A stretch of DNA of 25,979 nt, from the NCBI GenBank assembly GCA_965233585.1, contig CBDDTI010000594.1, positions 1 through 25,979 of the forward strand, written 5' to 3'. The notes under the pieces were generated by a model, which saw nothing but the letters and a program-made list of their open reading frames with translations, was not told the origin of the DNA and searched no databases. Position 1 is the stretch's first letter, and each line of letters starts with the position of its first letter. The stretch is from a bacterium (GTDB lineage: Bacteria; SAR324; NAC60-12). Position numbers and translations under genes: made by a program. Positions 12,050 through 23,804 of this stretch are shown here, one piece after another.

Positions 12050-12290
12050 AAAATGGAGAGAAGAACCCAGACAATTTTCGCAGGAAAGAAAAGTTAGAGA
12101 AGAAAAAGAATCAGACAAAAGAAAGTTATTAGAAAATTAAAGTACACGAAAGGTAGAAAAATTACGATTTGTTGTTTTTTATTTTCTAACGAGTTGGGTC
12201 TGAATTATAGGGTTACTAAATACTCTTAAAATGAGAAATTGAGAATTTTACTCTGATTTGGAATAAAATTCATTTCGAAGTGAAAAAAAA
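12050..12290 (+). repeat. Decayed, AT-shifted purine-rich dispersed repeat remnant (related fragment at 13338-13396)
   Basis: aagttagagaagaaaaagaa here versus gagttagagaagagaagaaaagagaa at ~13371. Both resemble a common Symbiodiniaceae GA-rich repeat from memory (unverified). Confidence 0.45.
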
Positions 12291-12560
12291 ATTATATCTA
12301 TTTTATATTTAAATTAAATTTATAAAACAAGAACATATCGAAGCTAAAATATTTAAAATACCTAAGTATTTGATTGTATTCGTTAGTTGAGATATTTTAA
12401 AAAATTATGATACGAAATATATATCGGAATATAAATATTTTAATTTTATGAATAAATATATATGTTATTAGAAATTATATAAATAATTGAAATGTAGGCT
12501 ATAATTTGAAATTATGATAATTTATTTTAATGAAATGTTTGTATATTATTACTAATATTA

Positions 12561-12864
12561 CGATGTAGCCTGACCTAGAGCGCGTGCGCGCAGTTTCTCG
12601 AGGCTAATTTTCCTAAAAATCTGCTACTTTTTTGGGAAAATTGGCGAATACAAACTAAGTTTGTGCTTCCTGAGCTCCCTGCGCGGAGGTCGAAATTTTA
12701 CTACTATTTTGGGAAAATTCTTTTTGATTTTCCTAAAAAAATGATACTTGCTTGTTTGGGGAAAATTCTCTTCTCCCCAGTTAGTGTCCCACTAAGCAAA
12801 TGCAGTACGGTCGGTTAGGGTCGGTTGGGGGTTCGATTCTCCCCTGGTCTAGTGTCGCTCGGTA
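12561..12864 (+). repeat. Dispersed repeat, copy 1, containing a tRNA T-arm-like hairpin
   Basis: Blocks shared in order with 17639-17893: cgatgt.gcct, agagcgcgtgcg.gcagt, cggaggtcgaaat, attttgggaaaat, ttctcttctcccca, agtgtccca, aaatgcagt, agggtcggt.gggg.ttcgattc, gtgtcgctcggta. Confidence 0.85.
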
Positions 12865-13489
12865 TTTAGTTGTGTTTGAGCATGTGTTTGTTGAGTTTCC
12901 CCCCTTGTCGCTGTTTTTTGTGTGATTATGATTGCAGAGTGCAAAAGAAAATTAGCCGTTTCCGTTATTGCGAAACGATTTCCTAGGAGTTTCAGAGTTT
13001 TAGTTCCGATGTACGTACGTGTATACGTAAGTATACAAAGTTAGAGATGGAAGACCCGATCTGACAAGTGCCTCGAACATTATGCTTACTTCTAGCTGAC
13101 ATTTGCCCGATGATGAAAGGCGCAAGTCCAGCTGTGGGATTTCTTCTGGTAGTTGTGTCGCTAAGATATTTGTTTAAAGGCCTCATGATGTTTGCGAAGT
13201 TGGAGAATCTGGATCCTGAGTGAAAGCTGGCAGAGAAACAGTATATAAGCGTTTGGAATAGTGAGACTCTACTTCTTGACCAATCTCATGCATAATTAAA
13301 CTGAATCTAGCGGGGAGGGTGCATCTATTTTATCGAAGGAAGTTTGGAAGATGAAAAGCAGAGATGGAAAGAGTTAGAGAAGAGAAGAAAAGAGAATGTT
13401 TGTGCAGATTGCTTTGGCCACACTCACATATGCCGTTGCGGTACGGCCCTCCTCATTGACCATGCTATTCATGTCATTGTCGTTCTTGC

Positions 13490-14187
<698 letters not shown>

Positions 14188-14616
14188 TATTTTAATAATT
14201 TATATAATTTAATAAAATTGTATTATATAAAATTTATAATTTAATATTATAATTTTAAATTATTTTTTTATTTTTTAATAGTTATTATGTTTAATGGGAA
14301 TATAATTGTTTTTGAAATTAAAATAATATTTTTTTTTTAATTTTTGAAATTTATAATTTATAGGAATTTATTATATAATTTATATAAAATAACAATGAAT
14401 TGGCTATAATACTACGATGATACGATATTAAAATATTACGATTATTTGATACATATTTTTTAATATTACGAAAAATATAGATTAACTACAAAACGAAGGC
14501 GTATATTTAGACCCTTCCCATTGTTTTTTTCCTACGCACGTCATGGAAAAAAAGCCGGAAACCACGGGAAACTAAAGGGAATCACGGACATCCATCTAGC
14601 GTGGGTTTTGTCACAA

Positions 14617-14955
14617 TGAGTGTGTGTGAGTGGGTGAGCTGGATAAGAGAAAGAGAGTGTGGGTGGGAGGGTGATTTGAGCTGAGACAGAACTAAAAACG
14701 AAAAGCTGTCTCACTGGGCAATTCGCAGATATTATCTATCCATTTATCTTTCTATACATTCCTATATCGACAAGATTTTATTTTTTGTTCATTGTGCCTC
14801 AGTGAATGGATGGGTGAGAAAGTTGGTTGGTGGGCGCCCGTCTATCTGTGTGTGTGTTTTTCTGTGTGCGTAAGTAAATAAGTGAGTATGTAAGTCCGGC
14901 CTGCCACGCAAAAGCCACCGAACTCAAGAGACGGCAAGGGTGCCAAGGCATATAT
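14617..14955 (-). repeat. Degenerate CGTGGCAGG/(ACTC)n repeat, inverted copy
   Basis: The reverse complement reads ggtggcttttgcgtggcaggc...ttatttactta...(ACAC/ACTC-like), paralleling 16160-16630. Confidence 0.55.
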
Positions 14956-16159
14956 CCAATCCCTTGGTAATTATGAGGAAGACCTAATAGACGAGGAAGA
15001 AAAACAGACAAAGCGTTTTAAAACAATATATGTTATTTCTGAGAACAGATGAAGAGGTCGGTGTCAGCAAGAAAAATACACATAAAAATAATATTTAAAA
15101 AAATTATTGGTTTGTATATGGCAATATTGTTGTTTTCCTGCCACAATATTTTCGTGTGTATAAAACTTTCAAAATTTTATATTCAAATTTCCTGGTACAT
15201 ATCAATAATCACAACCACCTGCATTTTTTTAGAAGCTTTTTCTGAAAAAAAACTTGCAATTGGAAAAATACTTTTATTTTTTTCCCAAACGATTCTATTT
15301 ATAATAACCACCAAGGGCTAAGTTGATAAGAATTGGTGCATTATGTTCATTTATAAGAATACAATGAGATTTTGCCAATTGGAAGAAGAAAATTGTTGAA
15401 TCAGTGACTTGAAAAAGCAATTACTATCTTTTTGCTCCTGTACCTGAACTGAAATTGTCAAAAACAAGGCAGGAGATCACGGAAAAGCAAATACGCTCTT
15501 GAGCAAGTAATCGTCCAGGTCACAGGAACATTGCCAAAAATTATTTGTCCGCATTGTGGAGGGACATACGATTTTTCGACTCCAGCACAAACACAATCAA
15601 TGTTATTTCATTGCTGGACGAAAATTTAGGATTTTTATCAAGACCACGACGACATCAAATTTTGAATGTGTCGAGCATGGTTGGGTTATTTCTGTCATAA
15701 AATTGATTTCCAATGAATATTTTTTTTTTCAGGGTGGTTTCTTTCAAAATTTAGTTCCGGGATATAAATCATTTTTTAATTAAGAAATCAGTTTTATAGC
15801 AAAAAATTCGACCAGGGTTATTGATAAAGTAATAATAACTAGAGGACAATTTGAAACCTATGGATAAATAAAGAAATATTGGAATATATAAATAGGAATT
15901 ATTTTTTCGACGCTTTATTCCCTTTTCTGAGTGCTATTCCCAAGAAACAAAAAGTTGGGCTTTCTGTTCTGTGTTAACAAAAATTATTAATACGGAATAT
16001 ACACCAGTGTTTTGTTACTCGATAAAAATATAAACCGCTAAAGTGGCTGGATCAAAGGTATTGGGAACCCTTTATTTGTGGGACTAAATAGTTCTGAATC
16101 GACGACATATTGATAACAATTTGATGGATATTAACCACGACGATAGCAAAAATTGACAA

Positions 16160-16630
16160 GCCTTTTGTGGCCACGGGTGCCTCTGGCGTCCCTGGTTTTC
16201 TGCCTCTTTTACGTGGCAGGTGTGAGACAGTGTGTATCGCTGGTGGCTTTTACGTGGTAAATATGGAATAATAATTCCATACGATTTTATTATTTACTTA
16301 TTTTCTCATACATATGCTCCTTCAGTCACCCACTCTCACTCCCTCTCACTCACTCACACACACTCACTCACACTCACTCACACTCGATCACACTCACTGA
16401 CTCACACTGACTCACTCACTCTCACTGACAAACTGCCTCTGACACCCGATATACATATCGTTAATACCCTACTAAAGTGACATACCGTTTCATGCACATA
16501 CATAGGTACATACAAACCCACCCACAATCACCCCTCCATCACTCTGATCCTTCCTCTGCCGTTGTTGCTTTTCTGTACTCAATCTAAGTCTGGAGAAGTT
16601 ATCAACATGTGGAATTATCCTGCCCTACAT
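16160..16630 (+). repeat. Degenerate CGTGGCAGG/(ACTC)n repeat
   Basis: cttttacgtggcaggtgtg, ggtggcttttacgtgg and ttatttactta, followed by an (ACTC)n tract at ~16330-16430. Confidence 0.6.
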
Positions 16631-16799
16631 TTATACTTACATTGATAAGAATTTGACCAGGAAAGCAAGATTTTTTTTTCTGCCTCGTTTTTTCCTCTTG
16701 TGGGCGGTTTGGAGTGGCGGATCTGACTCAGATGCAAAAGGTCAGTGATTTTTTTTTCCTGTGGAAAAAATATTTCCGAATGGTTTTTGAATGGCAAAC

Positions 16800-17630
16800 A
16801 AATATAGCATATGGATATCTATTATTAAAATTATTGAATCAGGCCCTTTTTTTTCCAAAAAAATAACCAATTTCCCAAACAAAATAATACAATGAATTTG
16901 GAACTTGAAATTATAATTTCTCAATAAAATTAATTGAAATTAAAAAATGTATAAAATACCTTCTTTTGGGTCAAATATACAAAACAACAAACCAATATTA
17001 TATCTAAAATCCCAACAGATATATTGAATTTCCCAATGATTTGAAGTGGCTGATTCGTCCGCAAAAAAAGTTGGCTAATGAGATTATTTTCCCGGAAAAA
17101 AAATATAATTGTTGAAAATATATTATTGTTAATAATCAAGAAATATTCAGAAAAAAAATATTTTCCGTGCATAATATTTTTTGATATATATAATTTTTTT
17201 AAATAAAATAAAATGTTATTTTTGTTTATTTTCTAAAAAATAAAATAAAATATATTTTGATATAATATTAATGGTTGATTTCAATATAGGGAATATTAGC
17301 TATATTATACGAGGATTTTAAAAAAAAATATATATATAATAAATTTAATTTCAACAATATAATTATATAATTTCAATATTTTTATTATTAATTTTAAATA
17401 AGTTTTATTTTATGGAAAAAAAAAATATTAATTATAAAAAAATTGTAGTAATATTGAAAAAAAATATTTTTTTTTATATTTATTATAATTAGGAATCCCT
17501 TATTAATATATAATCAAATCGTTACCAGCAAAAAAAAATATTATATTTATTTATTTTCATTTTAAATAAATAATTCTAATCCAAAGAATTTGCTTTATAA
17601 CACAACAATCAGTACCGTGTAACACATTCA
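16800..17630. other. Extremely AT-rich low-complexity tract (similar tracts at ~12180-12560, 14190-14500, 20130-20430, 20690-20880)
   Basis: Almost only A/T with long homopolymer runs and no coding signal. Confidence 0.9.
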
Positions 17631-17638
17631 ATCATTTC

Positions 17639-17893
17639 CGATGTGGCCTTACACAGAGCGCGTGCGTGCAGTCTCCCGAGGCCAATTTTATCCAAAATTC
17701 ACTCTAATGTACGCAAATACCAAACAAAATCTGTGCTCGGAGGTCGAAATGTTACAACGATTTTGGGAAAATCAAATGATTTGGGAAAAATTTCTCTTCT
17801 CCCCATTCAGTGTCCCAATAAGAAAATGCAGTGGGGTTGTGAGGGTCGGTCGGGGATTCGATTCCCCCCCGCTCGGTCCTGTGTCGCTCGGTA
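17639..17893 (+). repeat. Dispersed repeat, copy 2 (direct copy of 12561-12864)
   Basis: Same ordered blocks as copy 1, with indels. Weak similarity may extend a further ~110 bp. Confidence 0.85.
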
Positions 17894-18409
17894 AGTCTTT
17901 CAGTTATTTTGGCACTTTAACCCCGAGTCCAATTTTCCCAAAAATCATTGCTGCAAGCTCAAATTTCCAAAAATATGCTACAATTTTGGGATTTCTTGCG
18001 AATACAACACTGAGAACTTTCCATTTGCGTTTATTTACCACATGCAACTGTTTTTGTCTGGGGTCACTATGGGGCGAACAAATATGTTAAGTTATCTGGT
18101 GGTGGGTAAGAGTGTGGCGGTGCCTCGGTTAAAACCGCATGGCTGTTCATTGTTGGGTCCCGCGTGAGAACCAGATATGAGCTGCACCATCTGTGCGGTT
18201 TTTAGTTGTCAGGTGACGGTTGGCTCGATGACCTGGGAGTTCCTATCAACTCCGCCTCTCTGCTCCCCCGTCTCCCTGATTTTTTGCATATGGTTCCACA
18301 GAAATCGAACACCCGATCCCCTACCCTGCAAATTTTCAGTGCATGTCTTTAAAACAATTTTTACTATTACGATCTGTCTGAACACAAACCGCTTCGGAGA
18401 AGATTATTC

Positions 18410-19500
18410 AGTATACAGCTTTCAGAAGGTGTGTTTGCACATTATGTTTGGGGGGCCTTTCAGTGTATCGCTTTAACAGGTTCCAAATATGCAGCAATAG
18501 CTTTGAAAAGGACCTTCTGGTATTTGTTTTGACGCGCTGTTTTTGGGAGACTCTTTGCAAGATGTTTTTTTCCGAAGTCCGTTTTGTTGAATATTTAAGG
18601 CAATTCCTTTGGAAAACAGCTTTGGTGCATAACCCTTGGGGAGCCGAAGCGGGAAAAAAAATTAGGTAGCAGCTTTCCACACCAGCGCAGCGAAAGGTAA
18701 CAGCTTTTCGGCCTTTGATTTTTGGGGGACCAGGTTGAAATTGAAAACAACTTTGCAGAAGTGCTTTCGAAAACCACTTGGGAAGACCAAGAAGAAAATT
18801 TTTATAAAAAATTTCAGAAATAAGTTTCGGGGGCAGGCTGAGCAGCTTTGGGACGCCTTTTTGGGAGCCGCTGTAGAGAATGGCTCTGGGAAGACTTTCT
18901 ACACGGCTTGCAGAATCGCATCTTTGCGGCAACAGCTACGGAGAGCAGCATTTAGCACAACTTTGTGAGCTTTGCCGGCAGTGATTGCCTGCTCCAGCTA
19001 CTCTGTACAAGTCTTCCCCAGCTGCGGTTCTCTAGCCGTGCAACTGCTTTCGGGCTTTTTTGGGGCATCGATTTGCAGCTCTGGGGCTTTATTTACTTAC
19101 AATATTCTTTCAAGAATGGCTTGTGGGAGTTCTTTTGTCGAACAGGTTTGCAGAATCCAGCTTTAGGGCAATATTCTTGGAGAAACCCTTCAGGGAACAT
19201 TTTTGCGGAGCAACACTGGGGAAAGCTTTGGCCAGCTTTCCGGATCAGTTTCAAGGCAGCTCGGGGAATCACCAATTGAATTTTCGGTAGCTTTTTTGGG
19301 ACGCAGATTCGGTGAACATTGGAGGGGGGTGGGCAATATATGTGGGGAGTTGGGAAGGCGTGGAGAGAAACATTGACAACCAAATTTTTTCAAATCAAAG
19401 AGCTTGTGTCCGCTTTCGGAATAAGTTTAAGAAGGCAAGCTTGCAGCTGGTCTGTGCACCTGAAGGAAAGTTTGGTAACCAGCTTTGGGGGCACCTTTTC
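18410..19500. repeat. Degenerate GCAGCT(TT) motif repeat region
   Basis: Recurrent cagcttt, gcagct and agctttggg motifs with inflated homopolymers. Boundaries are approximate. Confidence 0.55.
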
Positions 19501-20444
19501 GGAATAGGTGTGGGTCTGCGTTGCGGAGATAATTTTAAAAATAATTTTGGAAAGAAATTCGGCAAAAAACCCTTTAGGGGTAATTTTTGACAAGTTTTCG
19601 GAAATAATTTAGAGGATTCATTGTGTTGAAGAATTTTATTTTGGGGCAAAATTTTATTTTATTTAGTTTGGAAATAATTCAACAAACTACTTCGCTGAGT
19701 GGCTTGTCGCAGAAATTTTTGGCGCAACTTTGGTTTCCGGAAACTTTGGTTTTTTGCAGAAATTTTTGGTATTTTGTCGCAAAAAAATATTTCCGGAAAA
19801 AAATTGGAAATAATATATGGAAATATCTGTTGGTGGTTACGGGCACTTTGGGGACACCTCCGCGCACGAGCATGAAGATTTCTGGAATAAATATCAACTT
19901 TTCTATGCGCGAAATATGCTTCGATTACTTTTGTTTGGGGAGGAACTTTTGGTGGCAACTTGGGGAAGCATTTGACTTCCGATAAGGGTTCTTAACAACT
20001 TATATTTCTTCTTGTTACTTTGTTGGCAAGGCTGGCATTAGCTTTTTCCTGCATTTGTTGCTTCGATTCAAAATTAAGCGATGCTCATTACTATTAGCAT
20101 AATACGGCTTGAGACGTCGTATTTTTTTAAATGGGTAATTTAATTTCAATATATTGTTTATATTGACTTGACATAATTCGTTGTAAAATCGGAAAGTTCG
20201 ATGTATAAATTGGTGTATATTATAAGTTATTAATTCATTCCGAATTATTCGTTGAAAAAAAAATTTAATATATATATTTGTTTCCATCGTAACTCCCCGA
20301 CCTTTTTATTTTTGTATTATTTATCCATAATGTTTTTTCCAAAAATTGCATTCATTAAATTTATTTATGCAATTAATTATTGGTAAGGATGATAAAAACG
20401 TAAAAATTCAAATAGTGTAAGCTAATTAATGGGGTCTTCAGCCC

Positions 20445-20670
20445 AGAAAACTTTCGGAAACAGTTCGGAAGAAGGTCTGGGAGGCTTTGGTGCAAAGCCA
20501 GGTCAGGTTCAACAGGATTCGGAGAAGGTCCTGGACAAGGTCAGGGTTCCGAGAAGGTTGTCTAGAAAATCCGGGAGGCTCTGGTACAGAGTTAGGGTAC
20601 GTGAAATCAAATGGTCTGGAAAAGCTTCCAGAGAAGATCTGGGAAGCCAATAAGATTCTAGAAAGGCATT
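20445..20670 (+). repeat. Degenerate GAGAAGGTCTGGGAGGC tandem-like repeat
   Basis: gaagaaggtctgggaggctttggtgc, ggagaaggtcctgg, cgagaaggttg, ccgggaggctctggtac, gagaagatctgggaagcc. Confidence 0.65.
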
Positions 20671-20885
20671 AGCATAGAGCCTAATCAAATTAAATGAGTA
20701 TTTCTTTTATGTAGTTTCGTAATATATGCCACATTTTTATTAAAAATTATTTTTTTAAAAAATAAATGAAATAAATAAATAATTAAATAATAAAAAAATA
20801 TTAAAAACATGTATGAAATTTAAATTTGCATAAATAGATAATTATTGTGTAAATTATAATTAAATTTTTTATATTATTATTTAAC

Positions 20886-22635
20886 ACGAGGGTCGGCCCA
20901 CTGTTTCCAACAGTTAGAGCTTTTACTTTAATAAGTAAGTTGAACAAATCCCAAAAAATTATCCCCTTCGAGTTAGGGGTGTGGTGTTGCAGTCACCCAT
21001 TTAGTAATAGTCCCGGCAATTTTCTCTACAAAATGATTTGACTCAATCTACAAAATGGGCTGCCTGGAAATTTCTCTACAAAGTGCCTGGCCTTGCATAG
21101 GCCTTTTCACTACAAAATAAGTGCTGAAAATTAGTTAAAACAGGATTGATTTTGCTTTTTCATCAAAAATGTTTTCAAAGACTCTTTTCAACACTTTTTA
21201 AGACCCAATTTGTAGATTAAAAACAGGGTCCGATGGTCCCTGAGCAGTTTGAAAAATCAAAAGCCACTTAGCGTAATCAATTTCAAGATATCCATTTTGT
21301 AGTAAACCCAAAACACACCAAAAATCCAACTTGAAGATGCCTTCTGGCACAAAAATATTCGCTCATTTTTCTTGCAGCTACACCGATTGTCTCGCTGCGC
21401 CATGGCCTCTCACTCGCTTGCGCAGGCAACCAGAGATCGGAATGCAGCACATTGATGCACATTTTAATAGTCAGGCGTGTCTCAATAGTTAGCCCGTGGC
21501 AATCGGAGCATATTTTGGCTTGGAGTCTTGGTGTCAAGATGGCACCGCCAGGGTTATAATCACTTCTGCGCGGTTCGTTTGTGTGACGGGGGCGTTAAAG
21601 CACCAACATGGGATACTGCGCGGGGATGTTGGTGCATCTTAACCCAAGGTTAGGGATGGTTAGGGAATATGACGAAGATCCATGAAGATCCAAGGCAAAA
21701 AAATAGGTCCAACCTGGCCGGGCCAATGTACCAAGACACTTGTACCAGTAAAAGTGATGATAGTTTTCTTCACCTTGAGGCCGATCATGATCTTGCTGCA
21801 CCGTCTCAGAGCAGTGCCGCAGGAATAAGTGGTGCCTCTATTGGGTGTACAAAATAATTTTACTTCATAATAACATTACAAAATGGGTTACCATTAGGTA
21901 TACAAAACGATTTTAACATATAAAAACACTACAAAATGAGGTGCCTAAATCTGCCAGTCCATTCCTCCCAACTCTTAATATTAAGTTCCTACATTTCTAT
22001 ATATTTATTTGGCATTTTTTTAAATAAATATTTTTTTTTAATTTTAATTTCAGCCAAAAACACAATAAATTCACTACAAAATGCAAGGATTCCAATCTTA
22101 ACAAATTACCTGGCCTTAAAAAGTTCCTTTTTCGATCAAATTTCTATTTTTATCCATGGGTCCCGGCATTTTTTTGTACAAAATAACTTGTTATCCAAAC
22201 TTAAAATGGGCCTTAAACCTTTTCACAAGGTAACCTCACTACAAAACAACCCATAAAAACCCATTTTGTAGGGGGTCTTAACGCCACCCATTTTCTATGG
22301 GAAATTCGAATAACAAAAAAAATAATCAAAATCAAAAAGACAACAACAATACCACCACCAGAAACAACAACCAACAACAACAACAACGAACAACAACAAC
22401 GAACAACAACAACAATAACAACAACAGCAGCAACAACAACAAAGCAACAACAAAACAACAACACAACAACAAAACAACAACCAGAACAACAACCAGAACA
22501 ACAACCAGAACAACAACCAGAACAACAACCAGAACAACAACCCCAACAACAACACCAACAACAACACCAACACCAACTCCAAAGCCAACGCCAACACCAA
22601 CAACAACACCAACGCCAACACCAACAACAACAATC
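20886..22635 (-). mobile_element. Inverted second copy of the (GTT)n Helitron-like element, split by an insertion
   Basis: 20889-20913 is the reverse complement of 14161-14185 at 24/25 positions, and the minus strand ends CTCG|T. The (AAC)n tract and tail at 22311-22635 mirror 13490-14120. Confidence 0.6.
20972..22304. mobile_element. ~1.3-kb insertion with subterminal CTACAAAA(TG) motif clusters (non-autonomous DNA transposon-like)
   Basis: About 14 (C)TACAAAA / TTTGTAG motifs cluster at ~21025-21300 and ~21848-22270 around a GC-richer core. TTCGA flanks both sides (20967-20971, 22305-22309). It separates two parts that are contiguous in the 13490-14187 copy. Confidence 0.5.
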
Positions 22636-22645
22636 ATAGATTGCT

Positions 22646-23290
22646 GGGGGGGGCTACCCTAACTGGCCCCCCCCAAAACAGCCTTATTTCTAGAAATAAG
22701 AAAACCACATAAAACCACCCCAATTCCTTATTTCTATGGCTCAGGTGTCAAGCTTTAGGTTGGGCAGAAATAGGCTTAATTCGGGCTTAATTCTAGGGAA
22801 TAAGCCCTTATTTCTTCATCGAATCCGAAGATAGACATTGCGAACCGCTATTTCCCTAATTCAACCTTATTTCGATAAGGTTTTGCGGGAAAAAAGGATT
22901 CAACGACACCTCAATAAGTATCAAATGAATGCGTTATCAGCACTATAAACTAAGCACTCATTGGCATACAGTTGGAATTCTCAGCCGCTAATTCGGGGGT
23001 TCCCTGGACATGAGATTATGAACCAAAGTCTTCTGGCTCAAAGGAACATATCAAATACTTGCTTTTCCAACGACCAAAAAGAACGCAGAGGCCACCCTTT
23101 GTTTCCTTATTCCTTTGTTTCTCCCTGATGATTGAGGCAAAAAGAATTTGGGAAATAAGCATTTTTCATTCGATGAAGAAATAAGCCAGAAACAAGCTTA
23201 TTTCTTTAATTCGGGTTCATAATTTCTTTCAAGAAATAAGCCAGGAATAAGCTTAATTCAGCCTTATTTCCTTGATTCTAGGAAATAAAA
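22646..23290. mobile_element. Foldback/MITE-like element built of GAAATAAG/CTTATTTC motifs
   Basis: Exact 18-bp inverted repeat CTTATTTCTTCATCGAAT (22807-22824) / ATTCGATGAAGAAATAAG (23168-23185). Many further motif copies occur in both orientations, and a G8C...GC8 hairpin sits at 22646-22674. Confidence 0.55.
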
Positions 23291-23804
23291 TCCCCATGTA
23301 CAGCTCGCTAGATGCTTTGCGGCCGACTTTATAGAGAATAGCCTGGTATAAACTGGAATGGCCACATGTTTGGAGTTTATAAAGTGGAAAGCCAACATGT
23401 TTTGTCTATAAAGTCAAAATCCAACATTTGTATAAAGTCGCCTTGCCGCGTAAAAACATAAAACTCGATGTAGGTTTTTGAGGGTACTTGTGAACATGTC
23501 CCATGACTATAAAGTGAGACACCGAACATCCAGATAGTAATACTTGTGTCGAACAGTGGCACTATAATGTGGATTTCCTACTAAACAACGATCGTTGTAG
23601 TAGCGATAATTTTCTTAATCGCGACGATGGAAGCATCGACATGATTATCTATAAAGTTGAGGGGCCACGTTCAAACTTTGGGGGAATATCATCGATCTCA
23701 TCGATGGGGAACCCAAAAGACTTCGAATGACTTCGAAACCGAACGAAACCGACAGCCAGACAAATATCTATATCGAAGTCGTTAACAGAATCTATGGTAA
23801 AACA

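Noticed and set aside
12827..12853. Complete tRNA gene, or a Helitron end (hairpin plus CTAG)
   Set aside because: There is no acceptor, D or anticodon arm. Homology with copy 2 continues past CTAG, and copy 2 lacks CTAG.
16800..17630. Organellar or viral insertion suggested by extreme AT content
   Set aside because: No recognisable organellar or viral genes, and the tracts are interleaved with nuclear-type repeats.
21650..21665. Telomeric TTAGGG/TTTAGGG repeats (also single hits near 11921 and 19574)
   Set aside because: Isolated one- or two-copy matches, not tandem arrays.
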